This document shows, one piece after another, positions 15,126 through 25,487 of a stretch of DNA of 36,031 nucleotides (position 1 is its first letter; every line of letters starts with the position of its first letter). Location of the stretch: positions 4,790 to 40,820 of the forward strand of contig CAZOTW010000003.1 in assembly GCA_964582845.1 (NCBI GenBank). Direction: 5' to 3'. The notes beneath the pieces were generated by a model. The model was given only the letters and a program-made list of their open reading frames with translations, was not told the origin of the DNA and searched no databases. This stretch comes from an uncultured Gammaproteobacteria bacterium. GTDB taxonomy: Bacteria > Patescibacteriota > Microgenomatia > UBA10105 > UBA927. Position numbers and translations under genes: made by a program.

Positions 15126-17228
15126 ATGGCAGCACCAAGCACAATTACGACAGAACAACGCGACGTACCTTTGGATAAAGTACGCAATATCGGCGTTATC
15201 GCCCACATCGACGCGGGTAAAACCACGACAACCGAGCGGATCCTCTATTACACCGGCAGGACGTACAAAATCGGCGATATTGACGAGGGCACCACACAAA
15301 TGGACTGGATGGAACAGGAGAGAGAACGGGGAATTACGATCGTTTCTGCTGCTACCACGACATTCTGGAAAGGATACAGATTTAATATCATTGACACTCC
15401 GGGGCACGTAGACTTTACCGCAGAAGTAGAACGCTCTCTTCGGGTTCTCGACGGAGGCATTACGGTACTGGACGCGGAAGAAGGCGTGCAGTCACAGTCA
15501 GAAACAGTCTGGCACCAGGCAGACAAATACAAAGTTCCGCGTCTTTGCTTTATCAACAAAATGGACAAAATCGGAGCGGATTACCGTGCGACGATTAAAT
15601 CAATTGTAGACCGGCTTGGGGCAAATCCAGCGATTATGGTCGTGCCAATCGGGAGAGAAAGTACATTTAAAGGAGTTATTGATCTATTGACGCGAAAAGC
15701 TTATGTATGGAATACCGATGATCTCGGGGCTAAAGCCGATGAAGTAGAAATTCCTGCTGACCTTAAGGATGAAGTAGAGAAAAGCAGACACGAACTGGTT
15801 GAGAAAATTTCCGAGACCGATGACGTCCTCCTCGAAAAATATCTGGACGGCAAAGAGCCGACTCTGGAAGAATTAAAATCTGCACTCCGAAAGGCGGTTA
15901 TTGCCTACAAACTCGTTCCGATTTACGCAGGATCCAGTCTCCGCAATAAAGGCGTACAGCCGCTTCTTGACGCGGTGGTCGACTATTTACCCTCGCCGCT
16001 TGACCTTCCGCCGGTTGGTGGAACCCATCCTAAAACTGGAGAAAAGGTAGCCTACAAACGCGAAAAAGATGCACCGCTTGCCGGGTTGGCATTTAAAATT
16101 CAAATTGACCCCCATGTCGGAAAACTCACCTACGTCCGTATCTATTCCGGAAAGCTTGAATCTGGTTCCTATGCCTACAATTCGACGAAAGACCTAAAAG
16201 AGCGTGTGGGACGATTGCTTCTGATGCACGCGAACCAACGGGAAGAAATTAAAGAAGCTTATGCGGGAGAAATCGTTGCGGTCGTGGGGTTTAAAGACAC
16301 CATTACCGGAGACACGATTTGCGATGCCGAAAAGCCGATTGTGTTGGAGAAAATTTCGTTCCCCGAGCCGGTCATCTCCCTGGCTATCGAGCCGAAAACG
16401 AAAAACGACTTGGAACGCATGGGGTATGCACTGCAACGATTATCCGAAGAAGACCCGACATTTAAAATTAAAAGTAACCTCGAGACCAACCAGACGATTA
16501 TTTGGGGGATGGGCGAGTTGCACTTGGAAATTTTGGTTGATCGCATGAAACGGGAATTTAAAGTGGATGCCAATGTTGGTGCGCCGCAGGTCGCCTACAA
16601 AGAAACCATTAAAATAGAGGCGGAAGGCGAAGGGAAATATATCCGTCAATCCGGTGGCCGGGGACAATACGGTCATTGTTTCATCCGCATCGAGCCCAAA
16701 GGCAGAGGAGAGGGATTTGAGTTTGAAGATGCCATAAAAGGCGGTGCTATTCCCCGCGAGTTTATCGCTCCTATCGAAAAAGGCGTCAAAGAAGCTATGG
16801 AAAATGGCGTTGTGGCGGGATACCCAATGGTTGACATGAAAGTGACGCTGTATGACGGAACGTACCATGAGGTCGATAGCTCTGAAGTCGCATTCAAAAT
16901 CGCCGGTAGCATGGCACTTCAACATGCAGCTAAAGCCGCCCAACCCACCATCATAGAGCCGATCATGAAAGTGGAAGTCACGACCCCCGATGAATTTATG
17001 GGAGATATTATCGGAGATTTGGGCGCAAAACGGTCACAGATATTAGGTACCCAGAAAAGGGGTCACGTGACCGTCATCCTTGCGATGGTACCGCTTGCGG
17101 AACTTTCGGGCTATGCCACGGCGCTTCGAAGTATGTCCAAAGGGAGAGCGACGTATTATATGGAGCCCAGTCACTACGAGGAAGTGCCGCGTAATATTCA
17201 GGAGAAGATCATTGCGAAAACTGTATAA
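15126..17228 (+). CDS. fusA: elongation factor G
   Basis: [27 protein letters not shown] and NKMDK GTPase motifs, 700 aa. Confidence 0.98.
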   Translation: MAAPSTITTEQRDVPLDKVRNIGVIAHIDAGKTTTTERILYYTGRTYKIGDIDEGTTQMDWMEQERERGITIVSAATTTFWKGYRFNIIDTPGHVDFTAEVERSLRVLDGGITVLDAEEGVQSQSETVWHQADKYKVPRLCFINKMDKIGADYRATIKSIVDRLGANPAIMVVPIGRESTFKGVIDLLTRKAYVWNTDDLGAKADEVEIPADLKDEVEKSRHELVEKISETDDVLLEKYLDGKEPTLEELKSALRKAVIAYKLVPIYAGSSLRNKGVQPLLDAVVDYLPSPLDLPPVGGTHPKTGEKVAYKREKDAPLAGLAFKIQIDPHVGKLTYVRIYSGKLESGSYAYNSTKDLKERVGRLLLMHANQREEIKEAYAGEIVAVVGFKDTITGDTICDAEKPIVLEKISFPEPVISLAIEPKTKNDLERMGYALQRLSEEDPTFKIKSNLETNQTIIWGMGELHLEILVDRMKREFKVDANVGAPQVAYKETIKIEAEGEGKYIRQSGGRGQYGHCFIRIEPKGRGEGFEFEDAIKGGAIPREFIAPIEKGVKEAMENGVVAGYPMVDMKVTLYDGTYHEVDSSEVAFKIAGSMALQHAAKAAQPTIIEPIMKVEVTTPDEFMGDIIGDLGAKRSQILGTQKRGHVTVILAMVPLAELSGYATALRSMSKGRATYYMEPSHYEEVPRNIQEKIIAKTV

Positions 17229-17415
17229 AGTGTGGTAAAATGTGCAAGCAGCAGCTAAGAAATTAGTTGAATTTTATTGTTGTATTCAAGGTGAGACGAT
17301 ATTTTGTATAAAATTGCCCTCCTTCATCCCGTCAGGGACGGGATTTCGAAGGGCTTAAGAAACAGTAAATTCTCCGCCCGCTGGCGGATCGTTAACTGTT
17401 TCTAAAGGAGGATGT

Positions 17416-18603
17416 ATGGCCGATCAACAGAAATTTAATCGAAACAAACCTCATTTAAATATAGGTACTATTGGTCATGTTGACCATGGTAAAACCACGC
17501 TCACGTCCGCAATTACCCATGTCCTTGCCAAAAAAGGCTTTGCCAAAGCACTCAAATACGAGGAAATAGACAATGCGCCGGAGGAAAAAGCCCGCGGCGT
17601 CACCATCAACATCCATCATTCCGAATATGAAACCGCCAAGCGCCACTATGCGCATATAGATGCTCCAGGACATGCTGACTACGTCAAAAACATGATTACG
17701 GGAGCAGCGCAAATGGACGGTGCTATTTTGGTCGTTTCCGCCCCGGATGGCCCTATGCCACAGACGCGGGAGCATATATTGCTTGCAAATCAAGTGAACG
17801 TGCCGGCTATCATCGTATTTATGAATAAATGCGATATGGTGCAGGACAAAGAGCTTCTCGATCTTGTAGAAATGGAAGTCCGGGAGCTTTTGACTAAATA
17901 TCACTTCCCAGGTGATAAGGTGCCGGTCATCCGCGGCAGCGCCATCAAAGCATTGCAAGGCGATCCGGAAGCTGAAGCGAAAATCCAGGAGCTCATGGAT
18001 ACGGTGGATAGCTATTTCCCAGAGCCGAAACGTGATTTGGATAAGCCGTTCCTGATGCCGATTGAAGACGTCTTTTCGATCAAAGGCCGAGGAACCGTCG
18101 TCACGGGTCGTATTGAGCGCGGAAAGGTAAAAGTGAACGATACGGTTGAGATTGTGGGTATAAAAGCCACGCAATCAACGGTTGTTACCGGGGTTGAAAT
18201 GTTCCGAAAACTTCTCGATGAAGGGTTGGCAGGCGACAATGTGGGCGTCCTCCTTCGGGGAATTGAAAAGAATCAGGTGGAGCGTGGGCAAGTGCTCGCC
18301 CATCCCGGGTCAGTCAAACCCCATACGGAGTTTGAGGCAGAAGTCTACATCCTTGCCAAAGAAGAGGGTGGACGACATACACCGTTCTTTACGGGATATC
18401 GACCGCAATTTTACATCCGAACGACCGACGTTACCGGAGAAGTCACACTTCCCAAGGGCGTAGAGATGGTTATGCCGGGAGACAATACGAAGATGACGGC
18501 AAAGCTTATCGTACCGGTCGCTTTGGAAGAAGGGGTACGATTTGCATTGCGAGAGGGTGGTCACACAGTTGGCGCCGGAGTTATCACAAAGATTATCGCT
18601 TAA
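17416..18603 (+). CDS. tuf: elongation factor Tu
   Basis: [19 protein letters not shown] and NKCD motifs. AAGGAGG Shine-Dalgarno sequence upstream. Confidence 0.98.
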   Translation: MADQQKFNRNKPHLNIGTIGHVDHGKTTLTSAITHVLAKKGFAKALKYEEIDNAPEEKARGVTINIHHSEYETAKRHYAHIDAPGHADYVKNMITGAAQMDGAILVVSAPDGPMPQTREHILLANQVNVPAIIVFMNKCDMVQDKELLDLVEMEVRELLTKYHFPGDKVPVIRGSAIKALQGDPEAEAKIQELMDTVDSYFPEPKRDLDKPFLMPIEDVFSIKGRGTVVTGRIERGKVKVNDTVEIVGIKATQSTVVTGVEMFRKLLDEGLAGDNVGVLLRGIEKNQVERGQVLAHPGSVKPHTEFEAEVYILAKEEGGRHTPFFTGYRPQFYIRTTDVTGEVTLPKGVEMVMPGDNTKMTAKLIVPVALEEGVRFALREGGHTVGAGVITKIIA

Positions 18604-18647
18604 GCCTTCTTTATCTGTCCTAAAGAGCTTGAGTGTACATTTGGATC

Positions 18648-18956
18648 ATGCCGAAAGGAAGAATTCGAGTACGTTTAAAAGCATACGACAGTAGAATCAT
18701 AGACGATTGCTGTCAGAAGATTTTAGATACCGCCGTGCGGACGGGCGCTCGGGTCGTGGGACCCGTGCCGCTCCCTACGGATAAAGAGCATTTTAACGTG
18801 GCACGAAGTCCTTTCATCGATCGAAATAGCCGTGAAGATTTCATGATAAAGACGCATAAACGGCTTGTCGATATCATAGAGCCGACGGATAAAACAATTG
18901 ACCAACTGATGCATTTGGATTTGCCGGCAGGAGTGGATGTAGAGATAAAGATGTGA
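18648..18956 (+). CDS. rpsJ: 30S ribosomal protein S10
   Basis: [14 protein letters not shown]...THKRLVDI. I chose the ATG at 18648 rather than the track GTG at 18633. Confidence 0.95.
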   Translation: MPKGRIRVRLKAYDSRIIDDCCQKILDTAVRTGARVVGPVPLPTDKEHFNVARSPFIDRNSREDFMIKTHKRLVDIIEPTDKTIDQLMHLDLPAGVDVEIKM

Positions 18957-18978
18957 CATTCTGATGTCATCCCGAGCG

Positions 18979-19008
18979 GAGTCGAGGGATATCCTTCGAC
19001 TCGCTTTT
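18979..19008 (+). terminator. intrinsic-terminator-like hairpin after rpsJ
   Basis: GAGTCGAGGG-atat-CCTTCGACTC (10 bp including one G-U pair) followed by GCTTTT. Confidence 0.55.
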
Positions 19009-19042
19009 AGTAAAAATCAGGCTCGCTGGGGATGGCAAATAT

Positions 19043-19071
19043 TTGAGTTTGCGCAGATACTCTGGTATACT
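19043..19071 (+). promoter_or_regulatory. candidate promoter TTGAGT-N17-TATACT upstream of rplC
   Basis: Near-consensus hexamers with exact 17-nt spacing inside the unusual 223-nt rpsJ-rplC gap. Confidence 0.5.
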
Positions 19072-19144
19072 TTATAGATTGATATGACGAGTAATTTGCT
19101 CATATCGCACTAAGGTAAGCCAAAAGTCTCGGATGAGCGATAAA

Positions 19145-19168
19145 CGACCTCAACCGAGGTCGCTTTTT
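19145..19168 (+). terminator. attenuator-like hairpin 12 nt upstream of rplC
   Basis: CGACCTC-aacc-GAGGTCG followed by CTTTTT. Confidence 0.55.
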
Positions 19169-19179
19169 GTATATACAGT

Positions 19180-19800
19180 ATGAAAGCACTATTAGGAATA
19201 AAACACGTACAGTCACAAGCATTTACCCAAGATGGGAAGCGAGTTCCCACGACCACGATTGAGGCTGGCCCGTGCTGGGTTACGGGTGTGGTTACCGAGG
19301 GGAATGTCCGACGTCTTCAGCTTGGTTTTGGTATTACCAAACATATGGCAAAGCCACGGGAAGGGCAGATGAAAAAAGCGGGGTTAGACAAAAAGCCCCG
19401 TTTTTTGCGGGAAGTCGACCTTGAAGCCGCAAGCGCCGACGTGAGCGTGGGGACCGAAATACACGTAGCAGACGTATTTCAGGTGGGAGATACCATTCGC
19501 GTGACGGGAACGAGCAAGGGGAAAGGATTTGCCGGTGTGGTGAAGCGCCACGGATTTCATGGCGGGCCCCGTACGCATGGACAATCAGACCGCGAACGGG
19601 CACCGGGATCTATCGGTCAGACGACGACACCGGGGCGTGTCTATCGCGGAAAGCGTATGGCCGGTCGAATGGGTTCCGACAGAGTGACGGTAACAGGATT
19701 AAAAGTGGTGGCGGTGGATCCCGAAAAGAATCTTTTGATGATTAAAGGATTGGTTCCGGGATCTAAAGGCGGACTCCTTATCGTCCAAAAAGAAGGATAA
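19180..19800 (+). CDS. rplC: 50S ribosomal protein L3
   Basis: MKALLGIK...TTIEAGPC..GKGFAGVVKRHGF. Confidence 0.96.
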   Translation: MKALLGIKHVQSQAFTQDGKRVPTTTIEAGPCWVTGVVTEGNVRRLQLGFGITKHMAKPREGQMKKAGLDKKPRFLREVDLEAASADVSVGTEIHVADVFQVGDTIRVTGTSKGKGFAGVVKRHGFHGGPRTHGQSDRERAPGSIGQTTTPGRVYRGKRMAGRMGSDRVTVTGLKVVAVDPEKNLLMIKGLVPGSKGGLLIVQKEG

Positions 19801-19803
19801 TAT

Positions 19804-20571
19804 ATGGCAGTTGTAACGAAGCCAAAAACAAAAAAAATGACAAAAAAATCGGTAACGAAGAAGCCGGTGAAATCTGCGCGCGCTAAAGCGGGTAACATTG
19901 CGGTACCGAAAAAAGCTGCGATGGCTTCTGTGGTGCATGGCCTCCAAGCCACGGTTGTCGACGTGGAAGGAAAAGCAAAAGGGAAAATGACTCTTCCGAA
20001 AGAGCTTTTTGCCGCAAAAGTGAATGCCCAGCTTATGGCGCAGGCGGTCCGCGTTTATCTAGCTAATCAGCGTGAAGGGGGAGCAGCCACAAAAACCCGT
20101 GGTGAAGTGGAAGGATCCACGCGTAAAATCTACCGCCAAAAAGGGACGGGAAAAGCGCGCCACGGAGCGATTCGAGCGCCAATATTTGTGGGTGGTGGTA
20201 TCGTTTTTGGTCCGCAACCTCATGATTTTTCACTTCACATGCCCGTTACCATGAAGCGAAAGGCGCTAGCGAGTGCCCTTACCAGTCAGCTAGCGAGCGG
20301 AAATGTCGTAGTCGTTGACGGAATGGAGACATTGGAGCCAAAAACGAAACTGATCGCAAAAACCCTTAGTACAGTTGCCAAGGTGGGTTCAACACTGCTT
20401 GTTATCTCGCCCAGTGCGCCTTTGGTTGCTCGAGCTGCCAGGAATATTTCCGATGTTGTCGTTATACCTGCGACAAGTGTGAATACGTACGAAGTACTTC
20501 GTCACCGTACTATTGTTTTTATGAAAGATGCAGTAGGAGCACTCAAAAACATCGTGAGTAAAGAAGCATAA
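19804..20571 (+). CDS. rplD: 50S ribosomal protein L4 (Lys-rich N-terminal extension of about 45 aa)
   Basis: ..YRQKGTGKARHGAIRAPIFVGGG.. and its position after rplC. Confidence 0.95.
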   Translation: MAVVTKPKTKKMTKKSVTKKPVKSARAKAGNIAVPKKAAMASVVHGLQATVVDVEGKAKGKMTLPKELFAAKVNAQLMAQAVRVYLANQREGGAATKTRGEVEGSTRKIYRQKGTGKARHGAIRAPIFVGGGIVFGPQPHDFSLHMPVTMKRKALASALTSQLASGNVVVVDGMETLEPKTKLIAKTLSTVAKVGSTLLVISPSAPLVARAARNISDVVVIPATSVNTYEVLRHRTIVFMKDAVGALKNIVSKEA

Positions 20572-20575
20572 TACT

Positions 20576-20890
20576 ATGAAAGTGATTGCAAAAAGACCAC
20601 TTATTTCGGAAAAAACATTGGCACTTGCCGCCAAAGGGTGGTATACGTTTGTGGTCGATGATAAAGCGGATAAACAGCAAATCGCTGGGGCCATTAATGC
20701 TTTTTATTCCGTCAACGTTATTGAGGTGCGTTCGGTCACGATGCACGGAAAGGTGAGACGAGTGGGGAAAGCCATGAAGTCAGTGAAACGTGCTAATTGG
20801 AAAAAGGCTATGGTCCGTTTGGCTTCTGGGCAAAAAATCGATGCATTTGAAGTAACCACGCCTGAGGCAAGCGAAGCGCCAAAGGCATAA
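20576..20890 (+). CDS. rplW: 50S ribosomal protein L23
   Basis: Operon position and ..PLISEKT..YTFVVD..KQQI.. Confidence 0.93.
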   Translation: MKVIAKRPLISEKTLALAAKGWYTFVVDDKADKQQIAGAINAFYSVNVIEVRSVTMHGKVRRVGKAMKSVKRANWKKAMVRLASGQKIDAFEVTTPEASEAPKA

Positions 20891-20900
20891 TAATGAACCT

Positions 20901-21656
20901 ATGAAAAATGAACCAATCAAAAGTCTTACCGTCATTCTTCCGAAAAATTCAGGAAGAGATGATCACGGTCACATCTCCGTGAGGCATCAGGGCGGGCGCG
21001 AAAAACGTTTTTACCGTGTCATCGACTGGAAACGGGATAAAGAAGGAATTCCCGCGCATGTCGTTTCTGTGGAATATGACCCGAACAGGTCTTCTGACAT
21101 TGCACTGTTACAGTATGCCGATGGAGAAAAACGATATATCCTTGCCCCACTGGGAATTACTGTCGGACAAAAGATTATGGCAGGCCCTACGGCCGATATA
21201 AAACCCGGAAATACCCTCTCGTTGGGTGACATGCCGGTCGGAACACCCGTTCACAATGTGGAACTCAAGCCTGGGCGCGGTGGACAGATCGTGAGAAGCG
21301 CCGGTACAGTGGCGGTCGTTTTGGCCCGAGAGGGAAACCTGGTACAATTAAAGCTTCCATCCGGAGAGATCAGGCTATTTGACGCATCATGTAAGGCAAC
21401 GGTTGGACAAATTGGGAACGTCGATTTACGAAATCGAGTGATTGGAAAAGCAGGGAGAAGCCGCCATATGGGAATTCGTCCGACGGTGCGAGGAGTAGCT
21501 CAAAATCCCAGAACTCATCCGCACGGTGGCGGAGAGGGACGAAGCGGTATCGGTATGTCCTCACCAAAGAGCCCATGGGGCAAAAGGACACTTGGGACCA
21601 AAACTCGGAAGAAAAAGAAATATTCTAATCGATTTATTGTGTCTCGGAGGAAATAA
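20901..21656 (+). CDS. rplB: 50S ribosomal protein L2
   Basis: ..[20 protein letters not shown].. and [16 protein letters not shown]-type N-terminus. Confidence 0.96.
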   Translation: MKNEPIKSLTVILPKNSGRDDHGHISVRHQGGREKRFYRVIDWKRDKEGIPAHVVSVEYDPNRSSDIALLQYADGEKRYILAPLGITVGQKIMAGPTADIKPGNTLSLGDMPVGTPVHNVELKPGRGGQIVRSAGTVAVVLAREGNLVQLKLPSGEIRLFDASCKATVGQIGNVDLRNRVIGKAGRSRHMGIRPTVRGVAQNPRTHPHGGGEGRSGIGMSSPKSPWGKRTLGTKTRKKKKYSNRFIVSRRK

Positions 21657-21661
21657 ATACT

Positions 21662-21946
21662 ATGGCACGAAGCAGTAAAAAGGGTCCATACATCGACAAA
21701 AATTTATTGATAAAGGTGAACAAACAAAAAGCGGGTGGCGACAAGGTGCCGATTAAAACTTGGGCGCGTGCTTGTCAGATTCCGCCGGAGTTTGTCGGAC
21801 ACCGATTTGCCGTGCATAACGGAAGAATATTTCATGAAGTATTTGTGACCGAATCCATGGTGGGCCATCGTCTGGGTGAATTTTCTCCGACGCGGTTATT
21901 CCGTGGGCACGGTCAAGTGACGAAGAGAACGATGGAGAAGACGTAA
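21662..21946 (+). CDS. rpsS: 30S ribosomal protein S19
   Basis: [12 protein letters not shown]...HNGR.F..V.V...[12 protein letters not shown]. Confidence 0.96.
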   Translation: MARSSKKGPYIDKNLLIKVNKQKAGGDKVPIKTWARACQIPPEFVGHRFAVHNGRIFHEVFVTESMVGHRLGEFSPTRLFRGHGQVTKRTMEKT

Positions 21947-21997
21947 AAAAAGAGAGCTTAGAGAGCTTAGTAGCTTAGAGAAGCATAGGAAAACCAT

Positions 21998-22351
21998 ATG
22001 GAATATCAGGCAACAGCAAAATATATGCGAATAAGTACCAGAAAGCTTCGGCTTGTTGCCGATAGTATTCGTGCGCTGACGCCTGCTCATGCGTTGATAC
22101 AACTTACGCTTATGCCAAAAGCTGCAGCGCTTCCGCTTCGGCAGGTTGTCGCGTCGGCCGTGGCCAATGCCAAGCAAAAACAGGCACATGAGGAATCTTT
22201 GAAGTTTAAAATTATCGAGGTTATGGGGGGAGCCGGGATGAAGCGGTGGCACGCGGTGTCCAAAGGACAGGCACACCCATACAAAAAACGCATGACACAC
22301 GTGAGAATTGTGTTAACGGATGAAGGAAAGGGGATCAGCGATAAGAAATAA
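21998..22351 (+). CDS. rplV: 50S ribosomal protein L22
   Basis: ..ISTRKLRLVADSIR.. and operon position. Confidence 0.94.
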   Translation: MEYQATAKYMRISTRKLRLVADSIRALTPAHALIQLTLMPKAAALPLRQVVASAVANAKQKQAHEESLKFKIIEVMGGAGMKRWHAVSKGQAHPYKKRMTHVRIVLTDEGKGISDKK

Positions 22352-22412
22352 GTGATAAGAAATACATTTTTTGACTTATCACTTCTCACTTATTACGTAT
22401 CACTAATACCAT

Positions 22413-23096
22413 ATGGGACAAAAAATAAATCCAAGAGGTTTTCGTGTCGGGACGGTTTTTACCTGGGGGTCCCGATGGTTTGCTGATAAAAAACATTATA
22501 AAGGGTTAGTTCTTGAGGATGCTAAGCTTCGAAAAGAACTCTTTGGAAAGCTTAAATCAGCAGGGCTTGCGCAGGTAGTTATCGAGCGCTCTATCAATAA
22601 AATTAAAGTAACGCTTTTTGTGTCGCGTCCGGGTATCGTGATTGGGAGGGGAGGAAGCGGGCTTGAAGAATTAAAGAAATTCATTGAAAAAAAACTAGCG
22701 TTGTATCAAGAATGCACTGATCCGTATGAGGTAAGGAGAGTGGCTCAGAAAGAAACAGGACGACTGAAAGTGGAACTCGCGGTTGAACCGGTGAAAGAGC
22801 CCAATCTGAACGCCTACCTCGTTGCGACGAATATTGCGGATCAATTGATCCGCCGTATGCCGCATAAACGCATATGCAATCAGGCTTTGGAGCGGGTGAT
22901 GACAGCGGGAGCAAAGGGAGTAAAAATTCTTCTTTCCGGTCGTATTGCCGGAGCAGAAATCGCACGACGGGAAAAATACCATGCAGGGACCGTGCCATTA
23001 TCAACGATTCGGGAGGAAGTGGATTTCGCTTCTGTTCCGTCACTGACAAAATCCGGATATATCGGGATAAAAGTGTGGATATGTAGAAAAAGTTAG
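22413..23096 (+). CDS. rpsC: 30S ribosomal protein S3
   Basis: MGQKINPRGFRVG.. KH domain, ..GRIAGAEIARRE.Y..G.VPL.T. Confidence 0.96.
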   Translation: MGQKINPRGFRVGTVFTWGSRWFADKKHYKGLVLEDAKLRKELFGKLKSAGLAQVVIERSINKIKVTLFVSRPGIVIGRGGSGLEELKKFIEKKLALYQECTDPYEVRRVAQKETGRLKVELAVEPVKEPNLNAYLVATNIADQLIRRMPHKRICNQALERVMTAGAKGVKILLSGRIAGAEIARREKYHAGTVPLSTIREEVDFASVPSLTKSGYIGIKVWICRKS

Positions 23097-23125
23097 TTAG
23101 TTATTAGTTACTTCGTTACTTAGAA

Positions 23126-23144
23126 AACCAACTAACCAAGTAAC
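23126..23144 (+). repeat. 19-nt intercistronic motif AACCAACTAACCAAGTAAC (copy before rplP)
   Basis: Identical 19-mer at 34377-34395. Ends 4 nt before the rplP ATG and forms the 3' arm of an imperfect hairpin. Confidence 0.9.
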
Positions 23145-23148
23145 CTAT

Positions 23149-23556
23149 ATGTTAGCACCAAAACGAGCCAAACATCGAAAAGCATTTCGGGGAAAACGAA
23201 CCGGTAAATCGGAGCGTGGTTCTCACATGAACTTCGGTGAATACGGACTCAAAGCTATGACTGACGGGTGGGTGACGAGTAGACAAATAGAGGCGGCGCG
23301 TCGAGCGCTCACCCACTATACCAAGCGAGGGGGAAGAATTTGGATCCGTATTTTTCCGGATAAGCCGGTTACAAAAAAACCTCCGGAAACACGCATGGGA
23401 AGCGGAAAAGGCGATGTGTATGAATACGTTGCCGTGGTCCGGCCGGGCCGTGTGTTATTTGAAATGGGTGGTATCCCACTCGCCGATGCAAAGGAGTCTT
23501 TGCGGCTTGCTAGCGCGAAGCTTCCCATCAAAACAAGATTTATTACAAAAGAATAA
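23149..23556 (+). CDS. rplP: 50S ribosomal protein L16
   Basis: [14 protein letters not shown].. ..RMGSGKG. Confidence 0.96.
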   Translation: MLAPKRAKHRKAFRGKRTGKSERGSHMNFGEYGLKAMTDGWVTSRQIEAARRALTHYTKRGGRIWIRIFPDKPVTKKPPETRMGSGKGDVYEYVAVVRPGRVLFEMGGIPLADAKESLRLASAKLPIKTRFITKE

Positions 23557-23559
23557 CGT

Positions 23560-23766
23560 ATGAAAACAAAAGAAAAAACATCTCTTCATAATATGAACGT
23601 TTCTGAATTGCGAAAGGTTATTGCCGAAACAGAGAAGAAGCTTGGCCAGTTCATGGTAAATCGACAGAATAAGCAGTCTAAAAACGTAAAGGAGGGGTGG
23701 GCGCTGCGTCGAAAAATTGCCGTAGCGGCAACCATACTCCACGAAAAGGAGTTAGTGCATGAGTAA
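23560..23766 (+). CDS. rpmC: 50S ribosomal protein L29
   Basis: Size (68 aa), helical Lys/Glu-rich sequence, position between rplP and rpsQ. Confidence 0.9.
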   Translation: MKTKEKTSLHNMNVSELRKVIAETEKKLGQFMVNRQNKQSKNVKEGWALRRKIAVAATILHEKELVHE

Positions 23767-24040
23767 GAAATCGATAGAAGTAAAAGTTGAGAGTACAGTT
23801 ATTCCGAAGGGGAAAGTATTTGAGGGTTCGGTTGTTTCAACGAAAACACCGAAAACTATTATCGTTGAAGTGACACATTCCCACCGTCATCCGCTGTACA
23901 AAAAGGCAGTGAAACGGTCGAAGCGCTTTAGTGTGCACAATGAATCAATAGACGTGAAAGAAGGCGATAAGGTTCGGATTATAGAGACGAAACCTATAAG
24001 TAAACGAAAGCATTTTCGTTTACTTTCAAAGATCGGATAA
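23759..24040 (+). CDS. rpsQ: 30S ribosomal protein S17
   Basis: ..[16 protein letters not shown]....HPLYKK....KRF.VHNE...V.EGD.V.I.ETKP.SK.K. Confidence 0.95.
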   Translation: MSKKSIEVKVESTVIPKGKVFEGSVVSTKTPKTIIVEVTHSHRHPLYKKAVKRSKRFSVHNESIDVKEGDKVRIIETKPISKRKHFRLLSKIG

Positions 24041-24045
24041 CACAT

Positions 24046-24420
24046 ATGGTACAACGAAGAACATCATTAACGGTTGCAGATAACTCAGGGGCTCAAATTA
24101 TGACGATCATCCATATCTACGGAGCGTCAAAGAGAAAATTTGCGTCTCTTGGTGATATCGTGCAGTGTGTCGTTAAAAAAGCAGATCCCCAGGGGATCGT
24201 CAAAGACGATGAGTTGGTAAAAGTGGTTATCGTCCGTACGAAAAAAGAATATCATAGGCTAGACGGGTCGTATATCCGCTTTGATGACAACGCAGGTGTG
24301 GTCATCGACAATCCCGAAGATAAAAACCCTCGGGGCACCAGGGTATTTGGTCCCGTAGCCCGCGAATTGAAAGAAAGAGGGTTTGACAAAATCGTCAGCA
24401 TGGCTGCCGAAGTATATTAA
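24046..24420 (+). CDS. rplN: 50S ribosomal protein L14
   Basis: [16 protein letters not shown].. ..RFDDNA.V.I. Confidence 0.96.
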   Translation: MVQRRTSLTVADNSGAQIMTIIHIYGASKRKFASLGDIVQCVVKKADPQGIVKDDELVKVVIVRTKKEYHRLDGSYIRFDDNAGVVIDNPEDKNPRGTRVFGPVARELKERGFDKIVSMAAEVY

Positions 24421-24424
24421 GTAT

Positions 24425-24730
24425 ATGAAAATTAAAAAAGGTGATCAAATCGTCGTTACGATAGGAAAAGACAAAGGAAGAAAAGGAAAAGTAGAAAAAG
24501 TGTTCTCGGAAGAACATGCGGTCATGGTGCCTGGGGTGAATCTTTATAAACGGCATCAAAAGAAACGGGATGAACAACATCAAGGGGGCATCATCGAGTA
24601 TGCAAGACCCCTTTCCGTCGGAAAAGTTGCATTGGTGTGCCCAAAGTGCGGGAAACCGACGAGGGTAGGCTACGTGGTGACGAAAGGTCAAAAAGAGCGC
24701 ATTTGTAAAAAATGTGAACAGAGAATCTAA
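24425..24730 (+). CDS. rplX: 50S ribosomal protein L24 (with CxxC...CxxC zinc-ribbon-type motif)
   Basis: MKIKKGDQIVVTIGKDKGRKGKV.. and CPKCGKPTRVGY..RICKKCEQ. I chose the ATG at 24425 rather than the track start at 24383, which overlaps rplN. Confidence 0.94.
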   Translation: MKIKKGDQIVVTIGKDKGRKGKVEKVFSEEHAVMVPGVNLYKRHQKKRDEQHQGGIIEYARPLSVGKVALVCPKCGKPTRVGYVVTKGQKERICKKCEQRI

Positions 24731-24733
24731 CCT

Positions 24734-25276
24734 ATGACAATGTTACTTGAAAAATATCGAAAAGAAATAGTACCGGAATTTATGAAATCCCATGGGATAA
24801 CCAATCGTATGGCGGTGCCCAAATTGGTAAAAATCGTCGTGAATTGCGGTATGGGGGAAGCATTGGCGGATAAAAAGTCACTGGAGAAAATGGCGGCCCA
24901 ACTAGCGGTCATCACTGGTCAAAAACCGCAAATCACGCGGGCAAAGCGGGCAATTTCCACGTTTAAATTGCGTGCGGGAGACGCGGTGGGATTGCGGGTG
25001 ACGCTTCGTGGGAAGCGCATGTATGAATTTTTGACAAAACTTATTGCGATAGCTCTTCCTCGAGTCCGCGATTTTCGAGGTATTCCGCTGAAAGGTTTTG
25101 ACGGACGGGGGAATTTTACCATGGGCATTAGTGAACAGACGATTTTTCCGGAACTTGACTATAGTTTAGTAGATAAAATACGGGGATTTGAAATTACATT
25201 CGTCACGACGGCGACAAATGACAAGGACGGAAAAACATTATTGCGATTATTTGGCGTTCCGTTTGTAAAGGAGTAA
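24734..25276 (+). CDS. rplE: 50S ribosomal protein L5
   Basis: ..[15 protein letters not shown].. ..RDFRGI....FDGRGN...G..EQ.IFPE. Confidence 0.96.
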   Translation: MTMLLEKYRKEIVPEFMKSHGITNRMAVPKLVKIVVNCGMGEALADKKSLEKMAAQLAVITGQKPQITRAKRAISTFKLRAGDAVGLRVTLRGKRMYEFLTKLIAIALPRVRDFRGIPLKGFDGRGNFTMGISEQTIFPELDYSLVDKIRGFEITFVTTATNDKDGKTLLRLFGVPFVKE

Positions 25277-25280
25277 TGCT

Positions 25281-25466
25281 ATGGCAAAAACATCAGATGT
25301 TGTGAAGTTTCAAAAAAAACAAAAATACAAAGTACGACACCATCATCGGTGTTCCTTGTGTGGGCGGTCACGGGCGTATATGGGGAAATTCGGTATTTGC
25401 CGGTTGTGTTTCCGAAAACTAGCTCATAGCGGCGATTTGCCGGGAGTGATAAAGGCGTCGTGGTAA
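25281..25466 (+). CDS. rpsN: 30S ribosomal protein S14 (short, zinc-binding Z type)
   Basis: 61 aa with CSLCGRS...CRLCFR and a C-terminal ..PGVIKASW. Confidence 0.95.
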   Translation: MAKTSDVVKFQKKQKYKVRHHHRCSLCGRSRAYMGKFGICRLCFRKLAHSGDLPGVIKASW

Positions 25467-25487
25467 TAATAAGAGGAGTGTAACATT

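Noticed and set aside
15109-15411. 100-aa ORF overlapping the fusA start in another frame
   Set aside because: It is an out-of-frame overlap with the unmistakable EF-G G-domain.
17455-18174. Long antisense ORFs inside conserved genes (239 aa in tuf; also 668-1267 in rpoC, 16440-16943 in fusA, 24395-24691 and others)
   Set aside because: These are shadow ORFs opposite strongly conserved coding frames, with odd compositions and no independent support.
18633-18647. Upstream-extended starts offered by the ORF track (rpsJ 18633, rplX 24383, rplF 25865, map 30303, infA 31337, flavodoxin 8430, ORF C 12588)
   Set aside because: The extensions overlap upstream genes or spacers and add non-homologous residues ahead of the conserved N-termini ([33 protein letters not shown], and ..IELEG for IF-1).
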